A DNA stretch of 64,000 bases. It comes from Dehalococcoidia bacterium (GTDB lineage: Bacteria; Chloroflexota; Dehalococcoidia; Plut-88900). The position numbers were made by a program, and so were the translations under genes. Location of the stretch: contig CBDFLQ010000005.1 in NCBI GenBank assembly GCA_965249275.1, positions 608,001 to 672,000 of the forward strand. Reading direction: 5' to 3'. This document shows, piece by piece, positions 19,053-28,516 of the stretch (within the stretch, counting starts at the first letter, position 1; each line of letters starts with the position of its first letter). The notes beneath the pieces were generated by a model that had not been told where the DNA came from, made no database searches, and saw nothing but the letters and a program-made list of their open reading frames with translations.

Positions 19053-19949
19053 CTAGCCCCGCGCCTCGACTCCGGCAAGCTTTTCCAGGACCTTGACGTA
19101 GGCCTGCGTACCCTCGTTGCCGTAGCCGTCGTTTTGGAGGACGTTGTAAAACTGCTGGATAAGACCGGTTAGCGGCAGGGGAAGCTGCATTTCCCGGCCT
19201 GCCTCGCTGATCAGGCGGAGGTCTTTGTGCATGAGCTTGACCATGAACCCGGGGTCGAAGTCTCTTTTGAGAACGCGTGAGCCCAGGTTCTGGAGCTGCC
19301 ATGAGCCTGCCGCCCCACCGGCTACGGCTTCGAACACGGGGCCAAGGTCTATGCCGGCCTTCGCCCCAAACACCAGTCCCTCGCAGACTGCCGCCAGCGT
19401 TCCACCGACGATAATCTGGTTCACCAGCTTGGTCACCTGACCCATGCCGTTGGCACCGGTGTAGATGATTGTTTTGCCCATAGCTTCGAATACGGGCATA
19501 CAGCGGTCGAAGACCGGCTTTTCTCCTCCGACCATTATGGACAGGGTGCCCTGGATAGCGCCCCAGGACCCGCCGCTGACCGGGGCATCAAGCATGCTGA
19601 CGCCCTTCCCGCCCAGGGCCTTGGCGATATCCTGGGTGATCTGAGGCGATATGGAGCTCATATCGATGACGACGGAGCCCTCGGCGGCGGCTTCTATGAC
19701 TCCGCCCGACCCGAGGATGACCTCCTCAACGTCCGGGGAATCGCTGACCATGGTTATAGTGACGTCGCTATTCCGTGCGACGTCGGCTGGGGAGTCGGCT
19801 ACGGTGGCGCCCATCTCTCCCAGTTCCTCGGCCTTGCTCCGGGTCCTGTTGTAGACAGTGAGGGGGAAACCCGCCTTGAGGATGTTGGAGGCCTGGGCCT
19901 TCCCCATAATCCCCAGGCCGACGAATCCGACCCGGTCTTGCTTCGCCAT
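19053..19949 (-). CDS. Beta-hydroxyacid dehydrogenase (GarR/MmsB-like)
   Basis: GFVGLGIMG, DAPVSGG, KLVNQ and KDL. Confidence 0.9.
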   Translation of the reverse strand: MAKQDRVGFVGLGIMGKAQASNILKAGFPLTVYNRTRSKAEELGEMGATVADSPADVARNSDVTITMVSDSPDVEEVILGSGGVIEAAAEGSVVIDMSSISPQITQDIAKALGGKGVSMLDAPVSGGSWGAIQGTLSIMVGGEKPVFDRCMPVFEAMGKTIIYTGANGMGQVTKLVNQIIVGGTLAAVCEGLVFGAKAGIDLGPVFEAVAGGAAGSWQLQNLGSRVLKRDFDPGFMVKLMHKDLRLISEAGREMQLPLPLTGLIQQFYNVLQNDGYGNEGTQAYVKVLEKLAGVEARG

Positions 19950-19972
19950 CGATTCCTCCTTGTGTGGGCCGG

Positions 19973-21310
19973 TCACTGGATTTCGGGGTCGAAGTCCATG
20001 CCTATGTGGCCCTCGGCCTCAAGCTCGGCGTATTCCCGGTCCGAGACCTTTAATATTTCTTTGTAGACGTATTCATTGTGCTCCCCGAGACGGCACGGAG
20101 GGTTTCGGACCACGGGCGGGGTGCGGGACATGTTGAAGATGAAGCCGGGGTAGTTGTGGGTGCCCGCCTCCGGGTGAGTAATCCTGTTGAAGAAGTCCCG
20201 TTCCTTCACGTGGGGATCGGAGTGTGCGTCTCCGGCGTGCATGACAGGGCCCGCGGGCACACCGCAACTTTGGAGCAGATGGAATGCCTCGTATTTGTCG
20301 TGCTGGACAGTCCACCGGGACAATTCCTCTTCGAGTTGGTCCGCGTTCTTCCAGCGGGAGTACTGGTCGGAGTAGCGTTCCTCCTGGCACCAGTCGGGAT
20401 TGCCCATAGCCTCGCACAAGCCGCGCCATTCGGAGTCGGTGGAGACGGTAATGTTGATCCAGCAGTTTTCGCCTTTAGCCGGGAACGCGCCGCACGGGGC
20501 CGAGCCGAAGTGATTCCTGTTCCCCTGAGTTCCCTGGAGCCGACCGTTCAGCGTGTAGTCCATCACTGCCTCTGCGAGGAAGGACACCGCATTCTCGGCT
20601 TGGGACAACTCGATGAACTGGCCCTTGCCAGTTCGCTTCCGGTAGTGTAGAGCGGCCATAACGGCGAAGGCGCCCTGGACACCCGCGGCGTAGTCGCCCA
20701 TATAGATGGCGCTGTTGGTTGAGGGGTCGGAGTCCCGGTATCCCCGGATGAGCGAGTGTCCTATCACCGATTCCAGGTGCACGCCCAGTGCACGGTAGTT
20801 CCGGTAGGGTCCGACGCTGCCGTAGGCGGGCACTCGGACCATGATGATGTCGGGGCGGATAGCCTTGAGCATGTCGTAGCTGATATTCAGCTTATCCATG
20901 GTCTCGGTGACGTTGTTCTCGTAGAAAATATCGCACTCTTTTATGAGGCGTTCGAGCATCTCCCTGCCCCTGGGCTGCTTGAGGTCGATGGTCACGCTCT
21001 TCTTGTTGCGGAACAGGTTGTTGAATCCGGGGCAGCGGTTCCAGGGTCGGGGGCCGGGATCGTTGTCGGGATAGCCACCCAGCATGGGCAGGAGATTAGG
21101 GACAGCCTCCTTTGGGGGCCTGGCTACGAAGCCCCGCGTCATCGGCTGCCAGTGGTGAATGTTTTCGACCTTGATGACCTCGGCACCGAGGTCGGCGAGG
21201 ATCTGGGTGGCGAATGGGCCGGCCCATACGACGCAGAAATCGAGTATACGGATGCCTTCCAGTGGCAGCCTGGACGCACTCTTCACCTTTCCATTGACCT
21301 TAGATGCCAT
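19973..21310 (-). CDS. Class III (CaiB/BaiF) CoA-transferase, catalytic-type subunit
   Basis: PLEGIRILD, AGPFA..LADLGAEVIKVE, RNKKS and GDYAAG with Asp. Confidence 0.9.
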   Translation of the reverse strand: MASKVNGKVKSASRLPLEGIRILDFCVVWAGPFATQILADLGAEVIKVENIHHWQPMTRGFVARPPKEAVPNLLPMLGGYPDNDPGPRPWNRCPGFNNLFRNKKSVTIDLKQPRGREMLERLIKECDIFYENNVTETMDKLNISYDMLKAIRPDIIMVRVPAYGSVGPYRNYRALGVHLESVIGHSLIRGYRDSDPSTNSAIYMGDYAAGVQGAFAVMAALHYRKRTGKGQFIELSQAENAVSFLAEAVMDYTLNGRLQGTQGNRNHFGSAPCGAFPAKGENCWINITVSTDSEWRGLCEAMGNPDWCQEERYSDQYSRWKNADQLEEELSRWTVQHDKYEAFHLLQSCGVPAGPVMHAGDAHSDPHVKERDFFNRITHPEAGTHNYPGFIFNMSRTPPVVRNPPCRLGEHNEYVYKEILKVSDREYAELEAEGHIGMDFDPEIQ

Positions 21311-21313
21311 TGG

Positions 21314-22528
21314 TTAGATAACGCCCCTCTCCCGGAGCCTTGTCAGGTCATCCCTGCTGTAGCCCAGGTGCCCGTACACCTCTTCCAGGTGCTGGCCAAG
21401 CTCAGGGGCGGGACGTCTCATCTGGCGCGGGGTCTCTGCCATCCTGGTCGGAGCGCCCGGATAGGAGATGGGGCCCGTGTGGGGGTGGTCGAGCGTGGTC
21501 CAGAAAGCCCTGCCGGTAAACTGGGGGTCGTGAAGCAGGTCACTCATGGAGTAAAGGGGGCCGCAGAGGACTCGGGCTTTCTGCCCCTCCTCCCATATCT
21601 CGCGCTTGGTGCGCCCCATAAGCCAAGGAATGAAGAACTCGTTGAGCTCTTCCTGGAGCTCGGGGTCGGCGCCCGCGCCGGGCTCCAGCCACTTGGGGTC
21701 TTGCAGGAACTCGGGGTTGCCCAGCATCTTGACGACTCTGGGGAAGAGGTGCCCTCCGCCGGCCATCTCGATATAGCCGTCCTTGCAAGGCAGGGTGCCG
21801 GAGGCAAAGGCGGGTCCGGCCCAGCCGGCCTGCTGCGTGCTAATCCGCCCCGAATAGGCGTAGGCCATCAGTGCAGCGTGACGGCGGTCCACTCCCCCGA
21901 GCTGGGTCTCAAATATCGAGATATCCAGGTGCTGCCCCTCATCGTCGCGGTCGGCGGCCCAGAGAGCGCCCATAGTGGCGGCGGCTGCCGTGGCCCCGGC
22001 TTCGTACTGGGTTACGTTGCCGCCCTGCTTGAGGGGTTCGCGGCCCTCCATGCCAATGGAGTGCATCTCGCCACCCATGCCGAAGAGGACCAGCTCGGAG
22101 GCCTTGTAGTCGCGGTAGGGCCCCGATTCACCGAAGTTGCTTATGGACGTCATGACGAGACGGGGATTGATTTCAGAAAGAGCATCATAGCCCAGGCCCC
22201 AGGCGTCCATTACACCGGGAGCGTAGTTCTCGACCAGGATGTCGGCTTCCTTGACCAGCTCGTGGAGGATGAAGCGGCCTGACGTCACTTTCAGGTTTAG
22301 GGTGACGCTCCTCTTGTTGGTGTTGAGGTGGAGGAAGAGACCGCTCTTTTCGTGGTGAGGGTCGTCTTCGTAGAAGGGGCCGAGACGCCGGGCCGGGTCT
22401 CCGCCGTCGGGCCTTTCGACCTTGATGACGTCTGCGCCGTAGTCGGCCATGAGCTTGGTGCAGAAAGGCCCTGCAATGTACTGGGTTAGGTCGAGGACCT
22501 TTACACCTTCAAGCGCTTGGTCAAACAT
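21314..22528 (-). CDS. Class III CoA-transferase, subunit lacking the catalytic Asp
   Basis: LEGVKVLDL, AGPFC, NTNKRS and APELGQH. TQYEAG occupies the Asp position. Confidence 0.88.
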   Translation of the reverse strand: MFDQALEGVKVLDLTQYIAGPFCTKLMADYGADVIKVERPDGGDPARRLGPFYEDDPHHEKSGLFLHLNTNKRSVTLNLKVTSGRFILHELVKEADILVENYAPGVMDAWGLGYDALSEINPRLVMTSISNFGESGPYRDYKASELVLFGMGGEMHSIGMEGREPLKQGGNVTQYEAGATAAAATMGALWAADRDDEGQHLDISIFETQLGGVDRRHAALMAYAYSGRISTQQAGWAGPAFASGTLPCKDGYIEMAGGGHLFPRVVKMLGNPEFLQDPKWLEPGAGADPELQEELNEFFIPWLMGRTKREIWEEGQKARVLCGPLYSMSDLLHDPQFTGRAFWTTLDHPHTGPISYPGAPTRMAETPRQMRRPAPELGQHLEEVYGHLGYSRDDLTRLRERGVI

Positions 22529-22752
22529 AATTCGCTTCTCGAAAGGAGCCGGTTATCCTGCCGGTCAGGGAGTGTTTGATTAACTAGTCGACAGCGGGTT
22601 TGAGTGGCTGGCGGCCCCGAATTTCAGGCCTCTCGTCAGCGTGGACAATCTTAGCCACGAGGTAAGGGGGCTGTCAACGAAAGCATGTCATAGTCGTGCT
22701 ATAATCAGCCCCCTAATCCCGGCAGCGGCGCCGATGCGTCAAGGTGGACCTC

Positions 22753-24054
22753 ATGCACCTGGAACTGGCCTCCTACGATGTCAAGGACGTTGTCTTTTCA
22801 GATGAGGACGGCCTCGTAAAAGGCGTCCTCCACGTGGACAAGGCCGCTCTCCTAGACCACCTTTCCAAGGTCTCGCCGTTTGAGGCTATCGAACTCGACA
22901 TAGCCAGACCCGGCGAATCCGTACGGATTATTCATACGTTGGACGTGGTGGAGCCGAGGGCCAAGGCCCCGGGAGCCGGCCGTGTATTTCCCGGACTCCT
23001 GGGCCCGCCATTGGGCGCGGGTGAAGGGAGAACGCTCCGCCTAAATGGGGTTGCAGTGGTCGGGGTGGCGGAGCCCTTCGCCGGAGAGGACCACTGGGCC
23101 TTCCGGGAAGGGGTCATCGAGATGTCGGGGCTGGGGGCCGAGCTGTGCCCGTTTTCCAAGACCGTCAATCTTGTGGTGAAGTTTGTGCAGGAGCAGTCGG
23201 GGGAGGGGGTGCGGGAGAAGGAGAACTTCCAGGTTGATGCCTGGGACGACGAGGGAGAGCGTGCCATTGAGGCTACGAGGCTTCTAACAGTCCGAGCTGC
23301 CGAATATCTGGCCCGGGCAGCGCACGAGGCTGCACCGGACAATGTAACTTCCTATGACCTCACTCCTGCAAAGGAAGACCTGCCGAAAGTCGTATACATC
23401 CACCACAACGTCGGATCGTCCCTTTACGGTTGGTCTGACTACTCCTCCGACCACGCCATGCTTCTTCATCCCAACGAGATAATGGACGGCGTACTGGTAC
23501 TGTCCGACCGTTTTGTGGAGCCGGCGATCCGGGATTGCACCTACTTCCACCAGAACAACTCGATAATTGAGGAGTTGTATAGTCGGCACGGGAAAGACCT
23601 GAACTTCGCGGGAGTAGTCTTCTTCACTGGGCACTCGGCGACATTGGAGGACAAGGAGCGTGAGAGCGACAGCGCGGTGAAGCTGGCCAACGCGGTCGGG
23701 GCGGATGTAGCGATCGTATCTCCGTTCAGGAGCGGTCACAGTGGGGTGGCCTTCATGATGGTGTGTCAGAAGTGTGAACGGTCCGGGATAAATGTGGCCG
23801 TGGGAGTGTCGCAGCTGGTGGCAGGGGCGGGGGAGCCGGGGTTGAACCACTGGGTGCCGGAGGCGGATGCGATGGTGGTGTCGGGGAATGACAGGGAGAC
23901 GATGAAGCTGCCGGCGGTGGAAAGGGTTATAGGGGGCACGGAGCTTCTGAACGGCCTGGGAAGGGCCGATGCTGAGGTGGAGATAGAGGTGCGAAATCTG
24001 TACGGGCTCTCGGCGCCGATGGGGCCGACGCGTTTGTCGGCGGGGCTCTACTAG
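22753..24054 (+). CDS. Glycine/sarcosine/betaine reductase component B proprotein-like (GrdE-like)
   Basis: DIARPGESVRI, DVVEPR, GVIEMSG.GAE..PFSKT, HPNEIMDG and ELYSRHGKDLNF.G. Confidence 0.8.
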   Translation: MHLELASYDVKDVVFSDEDGLVKGVLHVDKAALLDHLSKVSPFEAIELDIARPGESVRIIHTLDVVEPRAKAPGAGRVFPGLLGPPLGAGEGRTLRLNGVAVVGVAEPFAGEDHWAFREGVIEMSGLGAELCPFSKTVNLVVKFVQEQSGEGVREKENFQVDAWDDEGERAIEATRLLTVRAAEYLARAAHEAAPDNVTSYDLTPAKEDLPKVVYIHHNVGSSLYGWSDYSSDHAMLLHPNEIMDGVLVLSDRFVEPAIRDCTYFHQNNSIIEELYSRHGKDLNFAGVVFFTGHSATLEDKERESDSAVKLANAVGADVAIVSPFRSGHSGVAFMMVCQKCERSGINVAVGVSQLVAGAGEPGLNHWVPEADAMVVSGNDRETMKLPAVERVIGGTELLNGLGRADAEVEIEVRNLYGLSAPMGPTRLSAGLY

Positions 24055-24068
24055 ACGAAGGGGACGAA

Positions 24069-25376
24069 ATGCGGCTTGAACTGGCGTCCTTCCAAGTCCA
24101 CGACGTGGAAATCTCCTCGGAGACGCGTCTTTCGGGGAAAACGCTGTACGTCAACGAGATGGAACTGAAAGAGCATCTGCTCCCCGACCCGTATATCGAG
24201 GACATCCGGATGGAGGTGGCGAGGCCGGGGGAGAGCACCCGGATAGTGCATGCCGTGGACGTGGTGGAGCCGAGGGACAAGGCGTCGGGGCCGGGGACGG
24301 TGTTTCCGGGGCGGCTCGGGTCACCGACTCAGGTGGGAAGCGGCACGACGAACAGATTGGCAGGGATGACAGTAATCGGGACGGCGGAGCCTTTCGTTGG
24401 AGAGGAGTACTGGTATGCGCGGGAGGCGATCATCGACATGTCCGGGCCTGGGGCGGAGTTCTCACCCTTCTCCCAGACGGTAAACCTGGTGCTGCACTTC
24501 ATACCGAAAGCGGGGGGCGATGAGCTCGATCCGGCGAGGCGAAAGCAGTTCATAGTCGACACCCGGACCCGTGATGCCGAGTTTAGAATGAAGGCCACGC
24601 GGCAGCTGTGCCTAAAAGCGGCCAAGTTCCTCGCCGGGAAGGTGAGGGGCATGACGCCCGATCACACACAAACCTACGAGCTCGGGCCGGTGGACCCGGA
24701 GCTGCCGGGAGTCGTCTACCTGTGCAAGAGCCTGGCTGCCAGTTTCTACGGCTCCTTCACGACGACCCGGAACTGGGTAATGCCTATGCACCCGAACGAG
24801 TTGATGGACGGGGCTGTGTTGAACTTCGGGTTCCTGATTGCAGCCAACTTCCGCGACTGCACATACTCATACCAGCAAAACACCATAGTGGAAGAGCTTT
24901 ATTCGCGGCACGGCGTCGACCTAAACTTCCTCGGCGTCCTCTTCTACTCCGCTTTTCCGTACACGCTTGAAAACAAGGAGCTGGAGGCGGGGAGCGTGGT
25001 ACGTACGGCGAAGATGCTGGGGGCGGATGCGGCGATCATCGCACCTCTCAGCGACGGCCATCCCAGCGTCGAGACGATGATGATCTGCCAGATGTGTGAA
25101 GAGGCGGGGATCAGCACGGCAATCGGGGCGGGGGAGATGACGGTAGGGGAGGGAGACCCGGGCTTTACGCACTGGGCCCCCGAGGCCGACGCCCTGGTGA
25201 TTGCAGGGGACAGCCACAACAAGGTGAAACTTCCCGCCATGGACAGGGTGATAGGCGGGAGCCGGGTGCTGCACGGGGACCAGGAGGCATCGGGGGAGAT
25301 AGAGGTCGAGGCCCGGCAGATGTACGGGGCCAGCAACCCGGGTGGTGCGACCAAACTTATGGGTCGGCTGTATTAG
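24069..25376 (+). CDS. Second GrdE-like reductase component B paralogue
   Basis: Same motifs: ARPGESTRI, IDMSGPGAEFSPFS, HPNELMDG and ELYSRHG. Confidence 0.8.
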   Translation: MRLELASFQVHDVEISSETRLSGKTLYVNEMELKEHLLPDPYIEDIRMEVARPGESTRIVHAVDVVEPRDKASGPGTVFPGRLGSPTQVGSGTTNRLAGMTVIGTAEPFVGEEYWYAREAIIDMSGPGAEFSPFSQTVNLVLHFIPKAGGDELDPARRKQFIVDTRTRDAEFRMKATRQLCLKAAKFLAGKVRGMTPDHTQTYELGPVDPELPGVVYLCKSLAASFYGSFTTTRNWVMPMHPNELMDGAVLNFGFLIAANFRDCTYSYQQNTIVEELYSRHGVDLNFLGVLFYSAFPYTLENKELEAGSVVRTAKMLGADAAIIAPLSDGHPSVETMMICQMCEEAGISTAIGAGEMTVGEGDPGFTHWAPEADALVIAGDSHNKVKLPAMDRVIGGSRVLHGDQEASGEIEVEARQMYGASNPGGATKLMGRLY

Positions 25377-25391
25377 CCGTCCTACCTCCCG

Positions 25392-26612
25392 GTGAAGGCA
25401 AAGTTGTCAAACGCCCACACTCCTCTATACGACCTGCGTGTCCTGGACCTATCCAGCAATCTGCCGGGGGCGTACTGCGCCCGATCCCTCTGTGCATATG
25501 GGGCCGACGTGATTCACATGGAGACGCCCGGTACAGGCAATACCCTTAGGGGCATCGGCCCGTTCTACAGGGACATTCCACATCCTGAGCGGGGCGTATT
25601 GCACAATCACGTGAACTGCGGCAAACGCAGCGTGACGCTGGACTTGGAGTCGGGGGCGGGGCGGAGGATGATGCTCGGCCTTACGAAGGACGCTGATGTC
25701 ATTATCGAGGACTGGGGCCCCGGAGCGATTGAAGCCCGGGGCCTGGGCTACGAGACCCTGGGCGAAGTTAACCCTGATCTGGTTATGGTCTCCCTCAGTA
25801 ACTTTGGACGCACGGGTCCTTACAAATACTACAAAGCATCTGAACTTATATCATCCGGCCTATCAGGGCCTCTGTACATCAACGGCGCCCTGGATAGGGA
25901 ACCGGTCAAAGCAGGTGGCAGGATAGTCCAATTTCAGGCGGGTGTTGTAGCAGCCCTCCTGACAATGGTGGCCGTCCGCTCGCGGGACCGATCGGGAGTT
26001 GGCAGCCGTGTTGATCTTTCTACTATGGAGACCCAGGCCGGCACCGCCGACCGCTGGGTGCCGGTCCTGCTCCACTACGCCTACACCGGCCAGATAGCGG
26101 AGCGAACGCGGGGAATAGTACTTGCCGGGGCCGGAGTGGTACCGACCCTGGACGGATATGCCAACACCCTTAATCCAACCACCCCCAGTCGGCTGAAGAA
26201 AATCATGACCATGGTAGGCAAACCCGACCTTGTAGAAAACCAGGAGTTTGCCGACCCGGAGCAACGGCTCGCCATGGTAAATGAAGAGTTCCTTCTATGG
26301 GCGCTTCAGCATTCCACCGATGAGATCGTCTACGCGGGATTGCGACACGGGGTGATGATCGGGCCCGTCCACACGCACGAGTCGCTCCATCAGGACGCAC
26401 ATATGCTGGTCCGACGTCCGTGGATTGAGGTGGAGCATCCCGAAATGGGGGTACAACCTTTTCCCCTCAGACCGGCGCAGCTATCCACTACGCCGATTCA
26501 GGTCTCGAGGCCCGCTCCTTGGCTGGGGGAGCACAACCGGGACGTGTACCGCGGAGAGCTGGGATACAGTAAAGCGGAGCTGGCAAGGCTGGGGCGGATG
26601 GGGGTGGTGTAG
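25392..26612 (+). CDS. Class III CoA-transferase, subunit lacking the catalytic Asp
   Basis: LRVLDL, NCGKRSV and APWLGEHN. VQFQAG occupies the Asp position. Confidence 0.85.
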   Translation: MKAKLSNAHTPLYDLRVLDLSSNLPGAYCARSLCAYGADVIHMETPGTGNTLRGIGPFYRDIPHPERGVLHNHVNCGKRSVTLDLESGAGRRMMLGLTKDADVIIEDWGPGAIEARGLGYETLGEVNPDLVMVSLSNFGRTGPYKYYKASELISSGLSGPLYINGALDREPVKAGGRIVQFQAGVVAALLTMVAVRSRDRSGVGSRVDLSTMETQAGTADRWVPVLLHYAYTGQIAERTRGIVLAGAGVVPTLDGYANTLNPTTPSRLKKIMTMVGKPDLVENQEFADPEQRLAMVNEEFLLWALQHSTDEIVYAGLRHGVMIGPVHTHESLHQDAHMLVRRPWIEVEHPEMGVQPFPLRPAQLSTTPIQVSRPAPWLGEHNRDVYRGELGYSKAELARLGRMGVV

Positions 26613-26659
26613 ACTACTTATCTTGTAGAATTTCTTGTGTCACTGCCGCACTTTTCACT

Positions 26660-27265
26660 ATGCCAATTATTCGAAATAGAGTAGAGGCAAGCAGATTCAA
26701 CGACCTGCTAGCCTTGCCTTATGAATTGCGTCTGCAAGACTTCGAACTTGCAATGCAGGACGTGTACGACTTCTTCTTCGACGTGAACGCTCATCTCACC
26801 GGGAAGGGCCTCCAAAGGTTGGACGATATGCTGCGGCCCGCAATAATGTCTGGTGTATTGTCGGATATGCTGACTGCCAGCTTGGCCAAGCACTCACGCG
26901 TCCTTACGGAAAATCGTTATCACAATGGACATCCGGATCTTGTAGTTCAAGGGGTGCACCCTACCAATGCGGTCAAGGCTGGAACACACGGGGTGGAAGT
27001 GAAGACAACACGTAAGGCCGGAGGCGCCGTAGACACCCATGGCGCTCGGAACCAGTGGTTATGTGTGTTTGTATATCAGGTGGATACGGAATCGGAGCCA
27101 GCTCTGGACCGGAGGCCCATGACTTTCACCGAAGTTTATCTTGGACACGTCACGGTTGACGACTTCCGAAAAAACCCGCGCGGCGAACTTGGCACACGAA
27201 CGGCAACACTACACAAGGATGGAATCCGGGGATTGCGGGAGAGATGGGTATATAAAGCAGGTTGA
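26660..27265 (+). CDS. Putative type II restriction endonuclease (PD-(D/E)xK fold)
   Basis: HPDL...GVEVK motif. Convergent with a DNA methyltransferase gene in a lower-GC segment. Confidence 0.65.
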   Translation: MPIIRNRVEASRFNDLLALPYELRLQDFELAMQDVYDFFFDVNAHLTGKGLQRLDDMLRPAIMSGVLSDMLTASLAKHSRVLTENRYHNGHPDLVVQGVHPTNAVKAGTHGVEVKTTRKAGGAVDTHGARNQWLCVFVYQVDTESEPALDRRPMTFTEVYLGHVTVDDFRKNPRGELGTRTATLHKDGIRGLRERWVYKAG

Positions 27266-27267
27266 GC

Positions 27268-28446
27268 CTAGTCCCAAGAGACCTGTGTAAGTTTCGGGAT
27301 TGAGCCACGGGCCATTTCGAAATATACCTCGTCTTTCTCCACGCCGATGCTGGAGTAGCCCACTGATTCCGCAGCAGCCAGAGTTGATCCTGCCCCTGCG
27401 AAAGTATCCAAGACGACCCCCTCTCCGAGAGGTAAGATCGAGCGTACCAGTTGTCTTAAGAAGGCCTGAGGCTTGAGGCTAGGGTGTGGAGCTAAGTCTC
27501 GCTCTGATTTCCTTGTTGGCGAAGAACGAATCACATCCCCGAATGGCCGGTCTCGGCAGGGGCGCCGAAATCCCCCGGCATTCCATCTCCGCAAATTATC
27601 CTGGACCCTGCCCTCCAAGGGTTTGCGACAAACGATCCAGGGTTCCCACATGGAACGAGGCATTACACTTACGTTGGGGAACTCGTCGTGAGCAGATTTC
27701 GGTCGGTCCCCTCCCCGTAAAGTCATTGTCAGCCGCACAATCTCTCCCCGGCGCTCGAAACCGGCATCCGCCAAAGCTGTCGACACCAAGTAAGAGACTA
27801 GAGGATTGGAAGCCACAACTACGTTTGCTCCCGGTACAAGCTTGGGTATGAGCAGCCGACCCCACACAAAGAAAAAGGCCCTGATTTGGTCAAGTTGTTC
27901 CGGAGTTAAAATAGTAAATCGAGGCAGGGGAGAACGAACATGGCCGTCAAAAGAAGGGGGGATGCGCCAGACGCCACCCTTTCCGGTCCGGAGCTTGGCC
28001 TGCTGTTCTCGAGTGTATTCGTGAAGACCATAAGGAGGATCTGTGACAACCGCATGTATGCTATTGTCATCTTGTTGGCCCAGCCAGTCGAAGCAGTCCG
28101 CGTGATAGAGAGTGGCCGCCCCGAAAGAAAATGGGGGACTCCATTCCCTTTCCAAACGCAGTTCTCTCTGGGTCCCGAGAGATGCCGCTGACCGGAGTGC
28201 GTATACCCCGCGTTCCTCCCGTATGAACCTCGTTGGTGTATTCAACCTCAGATAGGAGCGAACCGAGGAAGCTCGGGTAGGGCCAACCACCTGCGTCACT
28301 CGCCCTTCGATCTCCTTGACGGACAAGTGTTTCGAAGTGAGGGACATTACCTGGATTATGCCGTCCCTTACGCGTCCGGGTGCATATCTGCTTCGATTCT
28401 CTGTCATTTCAACTTGAATAGTAGACGTCTGGACGTCTGTAGTCAA
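27268..28446 (-). CDS. Site-specific DNA methyltransferase (N4C/N6A, beta class) with a putative N-terminal wHTH
   Basis: VTDPPY precedes HPSLKP and VLDTFAGAGST...GVEKD. Confidence 0.9.
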   Translation of the reverse strand: MTTDVQTSTIQVEMTENRSRYAPGRVRDGIIQVMSLTSKHLSVKEIEGRVTQVVGPTRASSVRSYLRLNTPTRFIREERGVYALRSAASLGTQRELRLEREWSPPFSFGAATLYHADCFDWLGQQDDNSIHAVVTDPPYGLHEYTREQQAKLRTGKGGVWRIPPSFDGHVRSPLPRFTILTPEQLDQIRAFFFVWGRLLIPKLVPGANVVVASNPLVSYLVSTALADAGFERRGEIVRLTMTLRGGDRPKSAHDEFPNVSVMPRSMWEPWIVCRKPLEGRVQDNLRRWNAGGFRRPCRDRPFGDVIRSSPTRKSERDLAPHPSLKPQAFLRQLVRSILPLGEGVVLDTFAGAGSTLAAAESVGYSSIGVEKDEVYFEMARGSIPKLTQVSWD

Positions 28447-28516
28447 ATCTAATGCTACTCGCCCTCTAGAGCGTTCGTATTGACATCCCCTTAATATGAA
28501 TTAACAATTCACTGCC

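Noticed and set aside
22753-25376. Selenocysteine read-through in the Grd-like genes
   Set aside because: Both ORFs are uninterrupted and end in TAG.
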